A stretch of DNA of 64,000 bases from positions 25,900-89,899 of the forward strand of contig JAAOMT010000459.1 of assembly GCA_016748015.1 (NCBI GenBank), given 5' to 3'. Numbering within the stretch: the first letter of the stretch is position 1; every line of letters starts with the position of its first letter. Shown one piece after another: positions 38,617-52,760 of the stretch. The notes under the pieces were generated by a model. That model was not told the origin of the DNA and did no database searches. It saw nothing but the letters and a program-made list of their open reading frames with translations. The translations under genes and the position numbers were made by a program. The stretch comes from Geosiphon pyriformis uo1. Lineage: Eukaryota > Fungi > Glomeromycota.

Positions 38617-41600
38617 TGTTACAAGTGATTATTTGGGATCTCAAATCAAATAACAAACTCATAACTTGGTGCTTAATTAATGTAATTATATTGGTTTCTG
38701 AAGGTGTGTTTGTCTGAAGGTTTTGGTTGAGTTCTTTGTATAATGGACAAAGATTCAATAGTTGTTTCAGTAGTCTCCCGGAATTGCAATTCCATCAAAT
38801 TTTTTTCTTAGCATGGTGGCTGGTAATCTGGCAGAGATGCCCTTTTGGTAAGCTATCCTTAAATTGTCACTTCTTATACTCTTTCTTTGGGGTTTTTTAC
38901 CAGGTTATTCTTGATGTCAATAACTTAGCACTTACTTTTCAATCAATTAAAAAAAAAATAACAGAATAAAAGAAAATAACAGAAAATAAAAGCAAATAAG
39001 CCAAGGCAATAAATGTTAGTATTCTATTAATAGCCATAATTAAGAGCTATTGTTCTAGTATAGTTAAGTATTAATTATTATCAACATAAAATGTTAATAG
39101 CAGAGAGTGGATTGGAGATAGTGAATAATTATTTATTTGTGATATAGAAGGTTGCTTAGATCAAGTCTAAACTGAGAGGTCTTTAATTAAAGAATTCTGT
39201 CTCTTTTTGCTTCTAATACTACTGCTATATATACATAATTGAAATTCCTTAATTCCTCAATTCCTCAATTTTTCACACCAGAAATCCTGGAATTTCTGGA
39301 ATCCTGCAATTTTTTTTGAGAGGAATCCTGGAATTCTGAAATCCTGCAATTCCTTGTACAAGAATCCTGAAATTTCATATTTACTATAGCTATTTTTAAT
39401 TAACTATTTATATACTAATCTACTTCCTATATTTTATGAGTAATATTATCCCCTCCTTTTAATATTGAGCTTTGTTGAGATCTCTTAATTCTAACTCTCC
39501 ATTGTTGAGTGTTTTTTGGACTTTTTTTTCAAGTATTATTTGGGTTATTTTGTTCTGTAGTTCTTTAAATTGGGTGTTGGTTATTTTTCCCATTTGATTA
39601 ACTATAATGGAGTCCATTTCTGGATTAAGTAAGATTTTTGGTTTGTTTTGGAATTCAGTATGTAGCTGATAGATAGCTCTTGCTTGTGTAGTCAAATTGT
39701 TTTTTCCCACAAATTGTTTTAGTTATTGCAATATTGTTGTATTAAATAATCATTTTGTTTTATCTGTGTATAAATTTTGAATGTTCAAGTGTTATCCTAA
39801 ATGAAAATAACAAAAGTTCCTTGGAAATTCATGTATCCATTATTTTCAAGTCTTTTTGGTCAACTTTTGATATGTGGTAACACTTATTGGTTCTTCTATT
39901 GCTAATTTTATTTTCAGAACCATTTTGTCGATAGTGTTTTCTGTTTTCCTTTGACTTTTGTATTTGAATATCTTTCTGGTATCTCAGTATCAAATAGTTT
40001 ATTGGTTGATAGTAATTTCTATATTCTGCTATTGAATCAGTTGGAATAGTTGTTGTGCTAGTGTGTAGATGTCATCAGTGATTTCCATTTTTCTAAAGTC
40101 TTCTATCATGTTTTATCATGTTTTTATATACTCTTTTTATTGTTCAATTTTACATATTTGATTCAATGATTATAATTGGTTCCAAATCTTGTGGAATCTT
40201 ATTTGGTTGGACTAGTATTTACTGTACTTTTAATTGTGGAATATTATTGGTGGATGGTGATATTATATTGTGGTATGGTTTCAGTCAATTTTTATGTGCT
40301 GCTTTGGTCAAAATTTTGTTGTTCAATCTTAATTTATAAGCTCTATTTCCAAGAATTTTTTCTCTGTGAAATGGTCTGTCCTATTTGGGATCAAATTTTC
40401 CACTTCATTGTTTTTCTGCTTTAGTATAATGTAAAAGTACTTTGTTTCCAATCTTGAATTCAACTGGTTTATCTGATAGTTGGTTATTATGTCTTTTTTT
40501 TTGTTTTTTTTGTGACTTTTGTATGTTATTAGTTGCTCTTTGTTGCTTGTTTTCTAGAGTTTCCATCAAGTCATATGTTTTTCTTAGCAATGTTTTCTGG
40601 AAATTGTCTTCAATTATTGGTTCTGTCAGATAAGTGTTGACTTTTATTTCAACTGGTAATGTTGCTGTTTTACTGTATACTAATTCAAATAGTATTGCTT
40701 ATATAATATCTTGCTTCATTGTCTAATATACAAATAATACTAATAGTATAAACAAGTCCCATTCGTCTTGGTTTTCTTGACTGATTTTGACAATGGCTTC
40801 ATACAATATTCTGTTAAACTTTTCAACTAGTCCATTTGTTTGTGAATGATATGGTGATGATAATGGTTTTTTTATCCCAAATCTTTGACTTAATTCTGCC
40901 AATGTTCTATTTACAAAGTGAGTTCCTTGGTCTGATAATAGTTCTTTTGAACATTTGTGTTAACATATTAAATCTTGATGAACGAATTCAGCAATAGATT
41001 CTGCATCTGCTCTTTGAATGGCTTTTGCTTCTGGCTATTTAGTGAGATAGTTTATAACTACTGCAATATATTTGTTGTCTTTACTGGTGATTGTTAATGG
41101 TCTGACTAAGTCAATCCCAATACAATTAAATGGTTGTTTTACTTTAATTGGTCTTAATGGTTTACTGGGTCTTGTTCCTCCTTTTTTCTGACAAGCATCA
41201 CAATTTTGAACATATTGGATGATATCTGGATACATTAATGGCCAATAGTATCTTTTTTTGGTTCTTTCTATAGTTGATTTTTTATGAAAATGTCCTGCTG
41301 TTGAATCTGAATGCATGTTAAATAATATTGTCTCTTTTTCTGATTCTGTGACTACTCTGGTTGGTTGATCTGGATTTCTTTTGTTCTTCTGGTAAAATAT
41401 ATTTTGATGATTAATAAAATATTTTGATTGCTGTTTTATGTTGTTTTGTTCTTTTTGAGATAATTTCTCCTTGAACAATTGGGTATCTATATAATATTGG
41501 AGTTGTTTGTATTTTTGTATATTTATCTTTTGTTATATTTTTGAGTTAAAATGTTTTTGGATTTGTCTCATTTATGACAATCCGTCAGTATTTCCATTGT

Positions 41601-44600
41601 TTTTTTTTTTTTTATAATGTACTGTATAATTAAATAGTGAAAGTTCTATTTTCCATCTGACATGGTGATTGTCTGCAAACTCTTGTTTTTAGATTGAAGT
41701 CAATTTTTTGTAATTAGTATATACATCAAACTTTTAACTCAAATATTCTTTCCATTTAATAACCATCCAATAAATAGCTAAGTGTTCTAGTGTTGGAGTT
41801 CCATAATTCTTTTCAGCTGGACTTAAGCTTCTACTGGCATAAGCTACTAGATGTTTTCATCTATCTGGTCCTTTCTGAAATAGTACTGCTCCCAATGCTT
41901 GATCTGATGCATCAGTTGTGATTATGAATGGCTTGCTATAATCTGGATAAATTAGTACTGAAGCTTGAATAAGCTTTCTTCTTAATGTATCAAAAGCTTC
42001 TTGCTGAATTTCTGTTCATTTATATTTGGTGTTTTTGTTTGGAGTTGGTGTAGTGGTTGAGCTATTTTGGAAAAGTCCTTGATAAAGTGGCAGTAGTATT
42101 CAGCAAATTCCAAGAATGCTCTCAATTCTGTGAGATTATTTGGTACTGGAAAGTTCTTGACAATCTCAATTTTGTCTGGATCCGTTTTGATTCTATCTTT
42201 GCTTACAACATGTCCCAAAAACTTGAGTTCAGTTTTTCCAAAGAAACATTTAGTTGCATTTAGCTTTAATCTGGCTCTTCTTAGTTTTTTAAACACTTTT
42301 TGGAAATGATACAAATGATTATTGAATGTTTTCGAGAACATATTGGTGTCATCCAAGTATATAACTACTGATTTCTATAGTAGTCCAGTATAAACAATTT
42401 TCATAAGTCACTAAAAAGTGGCTGGAGTATTTATCAAGCCAAATGGCATCACTTCAAATTCAAAGTTTTTTTCTCAAGTTGTAAAAGCCATTTTCTCTTT
42501 GTCTTCTGGTTTCATGGCTACTTGCCAGTAACCACTGTTTAAGTCTAGTGTCAAGAACCATTTCTTTTCACCAAAAGTGTCAAACAGTTTTTGTATTTTT
42601 GGAGTTGAGTAACTACCTCCTTTTGTTACTCTATTCAGTTTTCAGTAATCCACACAAAAGCATATTTTTCCATTTTTTTTATGGACTAGTACCACTGGTG
42701 ATAACCATAGACTCATTGATAGTTGAATTAACTTATTGTCAAGCATTTGATTGATTTCCTAACAAATAATCTTATGGCTGGCTAGTAGTACTTTGTATGC
42801 TCTTTGTTTAATTGGCATTGCATCTCCAGTTTTGATTTGATACTGAATTATGTCAGTTCTGCCAAATTTATTTTCACTTGCAAAAATGTCATTGAAGTTG
42901 TTAAGTAACATCTTAAGTTGCATTCATTGAAGTGGGTTTAAGTTTCCTAAATTCATCTGTTCCAATTGTTTTGGTTGGAGCAGATAATATTTTTCTTGTC
43001 CATAGATTGTTTGTGATATGATATCCACATATCTACACAATTATGGAAAGTTTAGAATGGGGTTTGGTGATTGTTCTTCAATTTCAGTGGTTAAATATCT
43101 AATGATGATTCCTTCTAATATCTCCATGATGTTTTTTGTGTTGTTGTAAATGGGGATTTTAATGTGACTGTGGTTTTTGGCTAGTATGTGTAGATTGACT
43201 AATCCAATTTCTCCTAATTCACAAAGTGTTGCTTCTGCCTCAAAAATTTGAACCTGATCTTTCACTTTTCTTTCTATGACTACCATGTACTGGTCATATG
43301 ATGGAATAGATATTGATTGACAGGTGGAAATAATTTCTCTCTTGTCAACAATTTTTTCCTCTGCCATATTAATTGGTACATCTATTCTACTTGTGGATTC
43401 AAATCTCTATATCTCTCTAGCTGTAATCCCTAATTCTTCTTTGTTTCTCACTGACACTAATTAAGCTACTTTCACCAGAGATAAAAATATTGTCTGTGCT
43501 ATTTTTTCATTTGGATCTATGATATATGTATTTTCTGAGTTATTTTGTAGCATAACAATAATATTTCCTACATATCCTGTGTTAATTACTTCTCCTTTGA
43601 TGTTGATTCTCTTTTTAACTAAGCTACTTCTAGATGCTAACTGAACCATTATTGTTGCTAGAATTTCCAATGCTATTTTGAGATCAATGCAAGTGTGCAA
43701 ATAGGGTTCCAATTTGATGGGATTTTTTCCCAGATATTTTAGATCAAATTCTATATCAGTATCATGTGCATGTTCTGACATAATGCTTTCATTATTATCA
43801 CTGAACTATTTGAGTTCTTGTTCCTTGGTGAGATTAAGAAGTGTGATGTATGTTTCAGGATTTAAATCTGAGTCTGAATCATTGTTATTTTTGTTGCTAT
43901 ATTGAGCAGAGCTAGAACCATTATTTTCATTATTATCATTTTTAAAGTTTAAATCAAGATTGAAAATTGATTCCAATTTTAATGTGCAGCTGCTGATTGG
44001 TTTTTCTTCTTCTGGGATCATGTAGATCATGTGTGTTGGTGGATTGTAAATGAAGTCACACTTATTACAATATTGAAAGTCATAAGAAATTAAGCAATGT
44101 TAACATAATTGAGTATTCAACTGCTCCAAACACTACTCTTGTTCTTCTCTAGTGAGTGCTAATTACTAGTAATGTTTATGAAATTCTTTTGGATCATCTT
44201 TGATGTTGCCAAAGATGTCAAAAGTTTGGACATATTCGGGTTCAAGAAGAGATAAAAGGTTGTTTTTGATTTCCAGTAGTTTACTGGTTGTCACGCCTTC
44301 TGCTTTTGCACTTGCCATTTTTCAGAGTTCATGTTTGTTGTGGGAATATTTTTTTAATTGTCACAACACTCATTTTCAGACGTCATTAATTGGTGTTTTT
44401 TTGCATATTCAGTCATTGATTAGGATAGTATACTGGCACATTTTATTGCACATTCCTCTATGTTTAGGAATGTCATTCCACATTCCTTTATTAGACAAAA
44501 TAGCTCCACATATGAAACATGGTTTGTTGTCCTATTTTCTTTGTTGTTTGGGTCATCCAAAGTGTTCTACAATGCATGAATGACAGTAAAATTTGGTTGT

Positions 44601-47600
44601 TATTTGGTATTCCTTATTGTTACCACAGTATGCATCTCTTAATGACAATTTCTTGCCACAATCAATGCATATGAGTTTTGGTTGATGATAGGTGGATCAT
44701 TGTGAGATAGTATAGGTGTAGTAATTATAAATGGTGCTAGTAGGTGTTATTTCTTTTTCTTTTTCTTTTTTCTTTCCCTTGCCAGTTTTTTTCCACTCCC
44801 AAGTTGATAATTTGTCCTAATTGTTGTTGGTTTCTCAGGCTTGGTCAGTATTCCAGGTAAGTTTTTCTTTTTGTTTTTCTTTTCTGTTGTCATTCCATGA
44901 GAGTATTGGTAGTAGCTTGTTGTGGTCTTTATTGGCCCAGGACACTTGATAGACTTCCCAAGTAGATTTCTCTTTTTCTTTCTTGAATTCAATAAGTGAG
45001 ACTGATGGCATGGTAATGGGTTTGAAGTGCCCACATGTGGCAGATACTTGCGTGTATTGACTGTTCTGGCTAAGCTATAGTTCCTGTATGTTTCAGTCAA
45101 GCACTGTGTTTGTTTTGACTAGCCAGTTATTACCAATTAGTGCTTAGTACTGCATAGTCTCTATTACCAAAACTTTGATTGAAGTAATAATACCATTTAC
45201 TTCAAAGAGCAAATTATCAATCTTGCTGATAGGAGTCTTAGTTGTTTTATCAGCTGTTATTATCCTAGCACTGGCAACACAATCAACTCAGTGACCTAAT
45301 TGGTCCATAAGTTGTCATGTAATAATGCTGCCTGCTGACTTACTATCAAGAATAAGTTTAATAGAATGTTCATTAACTTTGGCATCAGTGTACATGATAG
45401 TGATTGGTTTCTCTTCGAGTACGGCTTTATTAAACAAGAGCTTAGATGTCAGTTCCTCAAGTTTGAATGGGAAGATAGCTATAAATGACTTGTCATTGGT
45501 GATGGTGGCTGAAGGTATGTTGCTGGTGAGTGTTTGTTTGTGGTTGGATTCCATTTTGTTAAATGTGGCATCTTCTGGAGTTACCAGAAGACTTAAATAG
45601 TTCTGGAAACTTGGGTTTTGGATATACCCGGTTTCTGAATTCCACTGGCATAATCCTGATAACTGGTTAGATGAACTGAGAATTGGTTGGTAAACAACTA
45701 TTGCCAATCTCCAGTTTTGGATAACTCTTGATCTAAGGTTTCCTGATGTCATTTGAGCTGGATTTGATGGCAGTGTTTGAACTGCAGGTGTCTAATAAAT
45801 TATTTGTGGCTGTGGTGGTTAATATATTACTGGTAATTGCAGTTGATAAACTGGAGATTAATATATGGGTGGTTGATATATTGGCTATTGTATTATTGAC
45901 AGATAAGTCAATTGATATGGTACTGGGTTGGTTTGATAACTCGGAGTTGGAAACCAGTGATCAGGGTTTCAATATTAATTTCCCAATTATTGGTTATCTA
46001 TTCTTTATCTGCAGTCAATCCTCAAATGTCCTTGTTTACTACAGTAGTGGCAAACATGCATCTTCTGCAGCCACTGTTGATTGGTTGAGAATGATGAACA
46101 CAATTGATTTAGGAAATAATTCGCATTTTCTTGATTATTGCATTATTGTGAAAGTTGATAGATTGCCTGATTGTTAGCTAAGTAGTTTTCTAATTTTTGG
46201 TTGATGGAATCACTGAATTGTTTCAACTTAGAATTCAATTCAGATGATCTATTCATCACTAGATTGACAGCTTGAGCGTAGTTAACTTCAAGTTCAGCTG
46301 CTTTAAAGTCTCTGGTATTTGTAATGACAGCTTAAAGATCTGCTGGATACATTGAATGTATGCATTGGAGGATGCTACTGCACAGATCTTTAATAAATTG
46401 ATTTAGGATTTGTGGCACTGTGAAATAATCAGCCTGTATGGCCTAAATTTGGCACAGATTTCTGTGGAAGTGTCTTAAGTAAGTAGTGACTGCTTCATTT
46501 TCTCCTTATTTAATAGTGGTAAAAAAGTTTGCTAAGCAATTAATACTGTTATTATTACTGAAATATCCCAGGAATGCAACTTTAAATTCTGGAATGTTTG
46601 GGGTTTGGCAGCTAAACTTTGATACCATAAGTTAGTGGTATCCTGTAGGAAATAGAAAATGGCTTAAAGTGTCTTGGCATCATTCCATTTATTAGTTATA
46701 ATGGCTTTTTCCATATCATTTAGCCACACTTGTGTGTTGTCTTTTTCTCCTGTGAATTTCTCAAGTTTTGCTATCAGGGTGTAGACCATTAGATCTACAT
46801 TTGGTTGTTGAAGTGGTTGAAGTAATAATTGAATTTGGGGTTGCAGTGGTGGCTGTTGTTGTTGAGCAACTGGTGGTGGGTTGATAACAATTACTGGAGA
46901 TAAGTGTTGTTGATTATTAATGTCAGGGTTTTGATTGTTCCGATTTTGCTAAGTTTGAAAATTCAGAGTTTTGACTTCCAGATTTTTTAAATTTGGATTT
47001 TGCTAAGTTTAAAAGTTTGGGGTTTCAATTTCCGGATTTTCTGTGATCAGATTCTGGTAAGTAAATTCTTGATCTTCAGCTTCTTTTTCTTCCTCCTCTT
47101 TTGATTTTGTTAACTCCCAGGGATTCACATTTCCAAAATCTGGTTGAGGTAGTGGTAATTAGACTTCTGATGGTATTGGCAATCACGATTTAAATTTTTT
47201 AAAATAATTGCTGTAGGTTCCTAGTAATTTTGTTTTTTTTTGTTTACTTTAAAATAGAAGTTGTCCAAATGTTGATGTCATGTTTGATGTGGACACATCT
47301 GTTGATAAGATGTTAATGACACTTCTGGGTGTATAGTGGTATGATAAGTTTGTTGGTGATTCAACTCTAGTTTTCTTCCAAGTGAGTGGTTGAATTCTTT
47401 TTGGTGTCACTATTGGTGTTTGTAGTCTTCTCTTTCCTTTGTCTGCATAGGTAATTGGAAATTGTTGTTATGTATATCTTTCAATGGTTTGATTAATTTC
47501 CCTAATAATTGGTGCAAAACTGTGATTTCTTGGTAAGCTAGTGTGTTGAAATAATTCTGTATAAAAGTTTTCTCTTGCTGATTCGATGTCAACTGTTCCT

Positions 47601-49525
47601 CCTAGACAGTTTGTGATTTTTTCATTAATATAAAAGTTGAAAGTGGTGTTACAGATGATTATTTGGGGTCTTAAATCAAATAACAAATCCATAACTTGGT
47701 ACTTGATTGGTATTCTGGTGTTGATCTCTAAAGGTTTGATTGTTCTGAAGGTTTTGGTATTGAATTTTTTGTATAATGGAGAGAAATTTTAATAGTGTTT
47801 TTAATAGCCTTCCAGAATTGCAATTCCATCAAATTTCTTTCTTAGCATAATGGCAGATAATTCTTCTGGTAAGCTATCCTCAAATCTATAAGTGTTCTAT
47901 TCTTGTTTCACAGGTCTTTTACCAGTTCCTATGATGTCTATAACTCAGTGCTTTAATTCTTAATTAATTAGTCAATCAAAAGAAATTACAAAAGAAAATA
48001 AAAGAAAATACAAGAAGATAAAGAAATAAACAAAAGCAATTGCAAGTTAGTATCTTATTAATAGTCATAATCAAGAGCTATTGTTCTAGTGTGGTTAAGT
48101 ATCAATTATTATCAACATGAAGTGTTGATGGTGAAAAGTGAATTGAGATAGTGAATAATTATTTATTGATATTTGTGAATAGAAGTTTGCTTAGATTAGA
48201 TCTAAACTGAGAGGTTTCTAACTAAAAAATTTTGTCTTTTCTACCTTTAGTCCTACTGCTATATATATATAATTGAGATTCCTCAATTTCTCAATTTTTT
48301 ACACCAGAAATTTTGGAATTCTTGGAATTCTGCAATTCCTTTTGGGAGAAATCCTGGAATTCTGGAATCTTGCGATTCTTTGTACAAGAATCCTGAAATT
48401 CCTGGAATTCTGCAATTCCTCTTGAAAAGAATTCTGAAATTCTACATTTACTACAACCACTTCTGATTGGCTAATTTATATGCTAATATACTCTCTATGT
48501 TCTATGAATAATAGTGGATTCTGCTAAATAAGGGTTGTTATTTAATCCCAGTTGTTGGCTATACTGTTGGAACAAAGATTTGGCAAATTCTAAATGGTTT
48601 GTTCCTATGTTTTCTGGTTCTGCCACTTTTGGATAATTGTTGTTGATACTGGTTCTCTGTAAGATTATACCTTATAAGGAGCACTAAATATTACAAGTGA
48701 TTATTTGGGGTCTCAAATCAAATAACAAACCCATAACTTGGTGCTCAATTGATGTAATTATATTGGTTTCTGAAAGTGTGTTTGTCTGAAGGTTTTGGTT
48801 GAGTTCTTTGTATAATGAACAAAAATTCAATAGTTGTTTCAGTAGCCTTCTGGAATTGCAATTCTATCAAATTTTTTTCTCAGCATGGTGGCCAGTAATT
48901 TGGCAGAGATGCCTTTCTGATAAGCTATTCTTAAATTGTCACTTCTTATACCCTTTCTTTGGGGTCTTTTACCAGGCTATTCTTGACATTAATAACTTAA
49001 TACTTACTCTTCAATTAATTAAAAAAGAAATAACAGAATAAAAGAAAATAACAGAAAATAAAAGCAAATAAGCCAAGGCAATAAATGTTAGTATCCTGTC
49101 AATAGCCATAATTAAGAGCTATTGTTCCAGTATGATTAAGTATCAATTATTATCAACATAAAATGTTAATAGCAAAAAGTGGATTGGAGATAGTAAATAA
49201 TTATTTATTTGTAATATAGAAGGTTGCTTAGATCAAGTCTAAACTGAGAGGTCTTTAATTAAAAGATTCTGTTTCTTTTTGCTTCTAATACTACTGCTAT
49301 ATATACATAATTGAGATTCCTCAATTTCTCAATTTTTCACACCAGGAATTCTGCAATTTTTTTTGAGAGGAATCCTGGAATTCTGTAATTCCTTGTACAA
49401 GAATCCTGAAATTTCTGGAATTCTGCAATTTCTTTTAAGAGGAATTCTGAAATTCCATATTTACTACAGCTACTCTTAATTGGCTATTTATATGCTAATT
49501 TATTTCCTATATTTTATGAGTAACA
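38617..49525 (-). mobile_element. Ty3/Gypsy element 2 (family A), full length and decayed; LTRs 38617-39445 and 48689-49525; TSD GCAT/GCAC
   Basis: Paired LTRs, PBS remnant at ~48670-48686, PPT, and gag-PR-Cys-rich-dUTPase-RT-RH-IN-ORF3. The host LINE ORF1 is restored on excision. Confidence 0.95.
47647..48513 (-). mobile_element. Family-A solo LTR inserted in Gypsy-2 gag, TSD GTGG
   Basis: TGTTACAG...GAATAATA, flanked by GTGG at 47643-47646 and 48514-48517. Excision restores YLAESTFNFYINEKI. Confidence 0.9.
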
Positions 49526-52500
49526 GCACTTAAGTTTTCTGAATCTTATAAGCTGTTATTGGCTGAAATATGTAAGAAAGAGGTTAGGAATTTTAATTTT
49601 GCTAAGTTATTTGCACTAGATATAGAGCTGTTGACAATTCTTGGGAAAACTAATGATAATAAATTAATTGCAATCAAAAAAATTTTTTATTAAATTGATG
49701 GTTTTGGAAAGGCTTTCATTCTTTCAAAATTTCCAGGAATTATCAGATTGTTATTTATATCTGAGTTTAGTTTGAATAAAGCAAAGAAATAGACAGTCTG
49801 TAAAAAAATTCTTGTTAATAATAATTTTAGAAAAATAAACAGCCAATCAGATCGAAAAGTAATTATTAAAAAGATTTCAGTTGATCTTTCCAAATTAGCT
49901 GTAGAGTTAGTTTTTTTTAAGTTTAGTAAGATTGTATTAATCAAGATACAACTGATTGGATTATGGCAAAAAACCTTAGTAGAATATGAATTATCTGAAA
50001 TAGCTGATTTGGTCACAGCTAAGTGGTCTGTTTTTATGGAAAAAAAGTTTGTTTATGTAACAAAAGCTATTAATAATAAACAAATATAAGTATCCAGAAA
50101 TCAGCATCAGACTCTGTTGTATATACTTCCAGTTGGCACCACTGCTTATGATCTAGCTAATTTATTGGTCTGTTATGGTGGGAAAACTTGTTTTATTGGC
50201 CATAATCCAAATTCATATGTGTATGATAAATGTGTTGTAATGTGTTTTAAGAGTGAAACATTCAAATTGGCTGCTGTTGGTTCTATTTCAGTCTTTAAGA
50301 GTGTAAATTTGCATTGGGCTGGTCTTTTTCTGGCTTATTGTGCCAAGCATAAACAATTCAGTTATATCTTTGAAGTGTGTTCAATTGGTGAAAACTCTAG
50401 AGTTCATAATAAACAGATGGTAATCTCTTATGACTGGATCTGTTTAACCAACATTTATAAAAAAAAACAGGTGCTCATCATTTACCCAGTTTCTTTTGGT
50501 AGCAAAACTTGGGCCCAAGTTGCTGGTGGTTTTTTCTCTTATGTGGTTCTTTTATTTCCTTTTGGTGCTGGTTTTTTTTCTAATGCTAAGCCTTTTCCTA
50601 ATGCTATGTCTTCTTTATTTGTCTCTGATTTTTATGATCATTTGGTGTCTTTGAAACACTCATTAGAATTTTTAGTGGATCAGGTTTCTGGTGTTATAAA
50701 AAAGTTAAGTTTTGTAGAATTAATGCCTCTGTCATCTGTCTCTCAAGTGCTCCTTTTGGCTGTTTCTGCACTTTTAGCTTTGAATTCGAATTCAGATATG
50801 GTGTTAAATAGTGTGTTAATTTCTTCTGTTCTCTCTCTTTCTGTTGTTAATAATAATGTGTCCAGTTTTAGTTCAAGTAGCTCCAAGGTTCTAACCTTCA
50901 AGATGAGTGGCTTAGAGTCAAAAATAATGTTTTTAGAAGCTTTAATTAATTTTGTGCTGGCTAAATTGGATTGTTTGTGCTTTGATTCAGGTTTTTTATT
51001 GCCTCCTTTGTCCCAATAAATGGTTTGGTATAGAAATTTGCTATGTATAATGTTCAAGATATCAATGTTTCTGCAAAGCAAGCAGACATTGTTCATTGAC
51101 ATAAGAATTCTGATTGTATAGTGTTTTTTGTTACAAAAACCAAATTGTGGTCTAGTGTCAAGTCTTAGATTGCTAATAAGTTTAAGAGTGTATGTGTTTT
51201 TATGTTTGGTTTGGATAAAGAATTTCTTGGTGCTGGAGTGGCTGTAATTATGAACAATTTTCTGGCTTGTCATGTGTCTAAGGTAGAAGAGATTTTTGGT
51301 CGAATTATTTTGGTACAGCTTTTATTTAAAGGCAAGCTTTTAGTTATGATTCTGGGGTTGTATGCTGGTGCTTTTTCTGAGACTAAGTTTGGTCAGACTC
51401 CAGCAGTAAACTCTCTTATTGTAAAGGCTGTTAATTCCAGCACTTTTGTGGTTTTGGATGGAGATTTTAATAAGAATGAGTCTAAAAGAAATGCAAGCTT
51501 TAAGTTTTGTTTAGATTTGGGTTTGGTCAATTTGTTTGTTAACTATTATTTGGTGAAGACTTCTACATAGTACAATTCAAGAAAAGTTAAAAAAACTATT
51601 AATTACATTTTTGTCAGTGAGAATTTGTTGTCTGCTGTTGTTGGTCATCAGGTCTGCTCTGTTTCCAGTTTTTTTGACACCAATCACAATGTTGTCTTGG
51701 TTTCAATTGACTTAGGTGGACTCTTAGATGTTAGTTTGAATAGCTTGCACAAATAAGCTAATAAAAATTACTGGAAGTTCAATATTAAAGATATGAACAA
51801 TGCCAAGTGGGTAAAATTTAAGAATTGCTTTTCTGCCAAACTCTCAATAGTAAGGGACAATTTCTCTAGTGCCAAAATTTGGGGTGACATAAATACTATG
51901 TGAACAGTTTTGGAAAGAATAATAATTGGTGTAGCTGATGAAATTTTTGCAAGACATTGGTTCAGTAAATTTCAGTGTTCAAAGAACAGACATTTATTTA
52001 AGTTTTTCAGATTGGAACTGCTAGTAGCTAAGATAGTTAAGTGTTTGAGCTTGGGCAATGTCCTTGATTTCGATTGTCTTATTAAGAAATGGATGTCTTT
52101 GGATGTTAACAAAGCTTTCATGATAACAGAAATAGTTCGGAATAGTAAAAGGTTGATGGATATTTTCAAAAGTTTGTCTTTGGTTAAAAAAAAATATCAG
52201 AGGTCCAAGATGTTTGAATCAAAATTAGTTAAAAAGGCTTCTATTAAAAAGATGATAGAAAAATGTATGGAAAAATTTTGCTCTAATAAAAGTAGCATAA
52301 TTAGGAATGTTTTGGATTGACCTTTTTACAAAGTAGTTCTGGATTACTTAGTAGTAGGTGATGAGTTAGTTTTGGAACCAAAAAAGATGAAGCTTAATAT
52401 TGATAAGATTATAGAAAATTAGATGAAAAAACGAAGTGTGTTCTTAGTAATGCTTGATCTCTGGGTCCATTAATATGTACTATTGAATTATGTGAAAAAT

Positions 52501-52550
52501 AAGATTTTTTCTGGTGTGATGTTTGTAATCAGTATGAGTGAGTTGCTCAT

Positions 52551-52760
52551 TATTATAGATGATTATTTGGGATCTCAAATCAAATAACAAATCCATAACT
52601 TGGTGCTTAATTGATATAATAATATTGGTTTCTAAAAATTTTGGTATCTGAAAGTTTTGGTTGAGTCCTTTGTATAATAAACAGAGATTTACTTATTGTT
52701 ATATCTATAGCTTCTCAGAACCATAATTCAGTCAAATTTTTTTCTCAGCATGATGGCCAG
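52551..52760 (-). mobile_element. Partial family-A LTR inserted in LINE copy 4, itself interrupted by Gypsy-3
   Basis: TATTATAGATGATTATTTGGGATCTC matches the LTR terminus. It is collinear with other LTRs up to GGCCAG at 52760. Confidence 0.85.

Larger units (their letters stand above)
38052..52550 (+). mobile_element. LINE copy 4, split: 38052-38616 and 49526-52550; truncated before RT by an LTR
   Basis: ORF1 starts at 38145 and reads LVLSA|LKFSESYK..LFALDIEL across the Gypsy-2 insertion. ORF1 ends at 51019 (LSQ*). APE motifs VLDGDFN, INYIFVS, DTNHN. Confidence 0.9.

Noticed and set aside
38727-38969. Near-identical 80-aa ORFs here and at 48799-49041 as duplicated genes
   Set aside because: They are antisense frames inside the paired LTRs and are not conserved in other LTR copies.
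47647-49525. Tandem LTRs as a TRIM or three-LTR element
   Set aside because: The inner LTR has its own GTGG TSD and interrupts gag, so it is an independent solo LTR.
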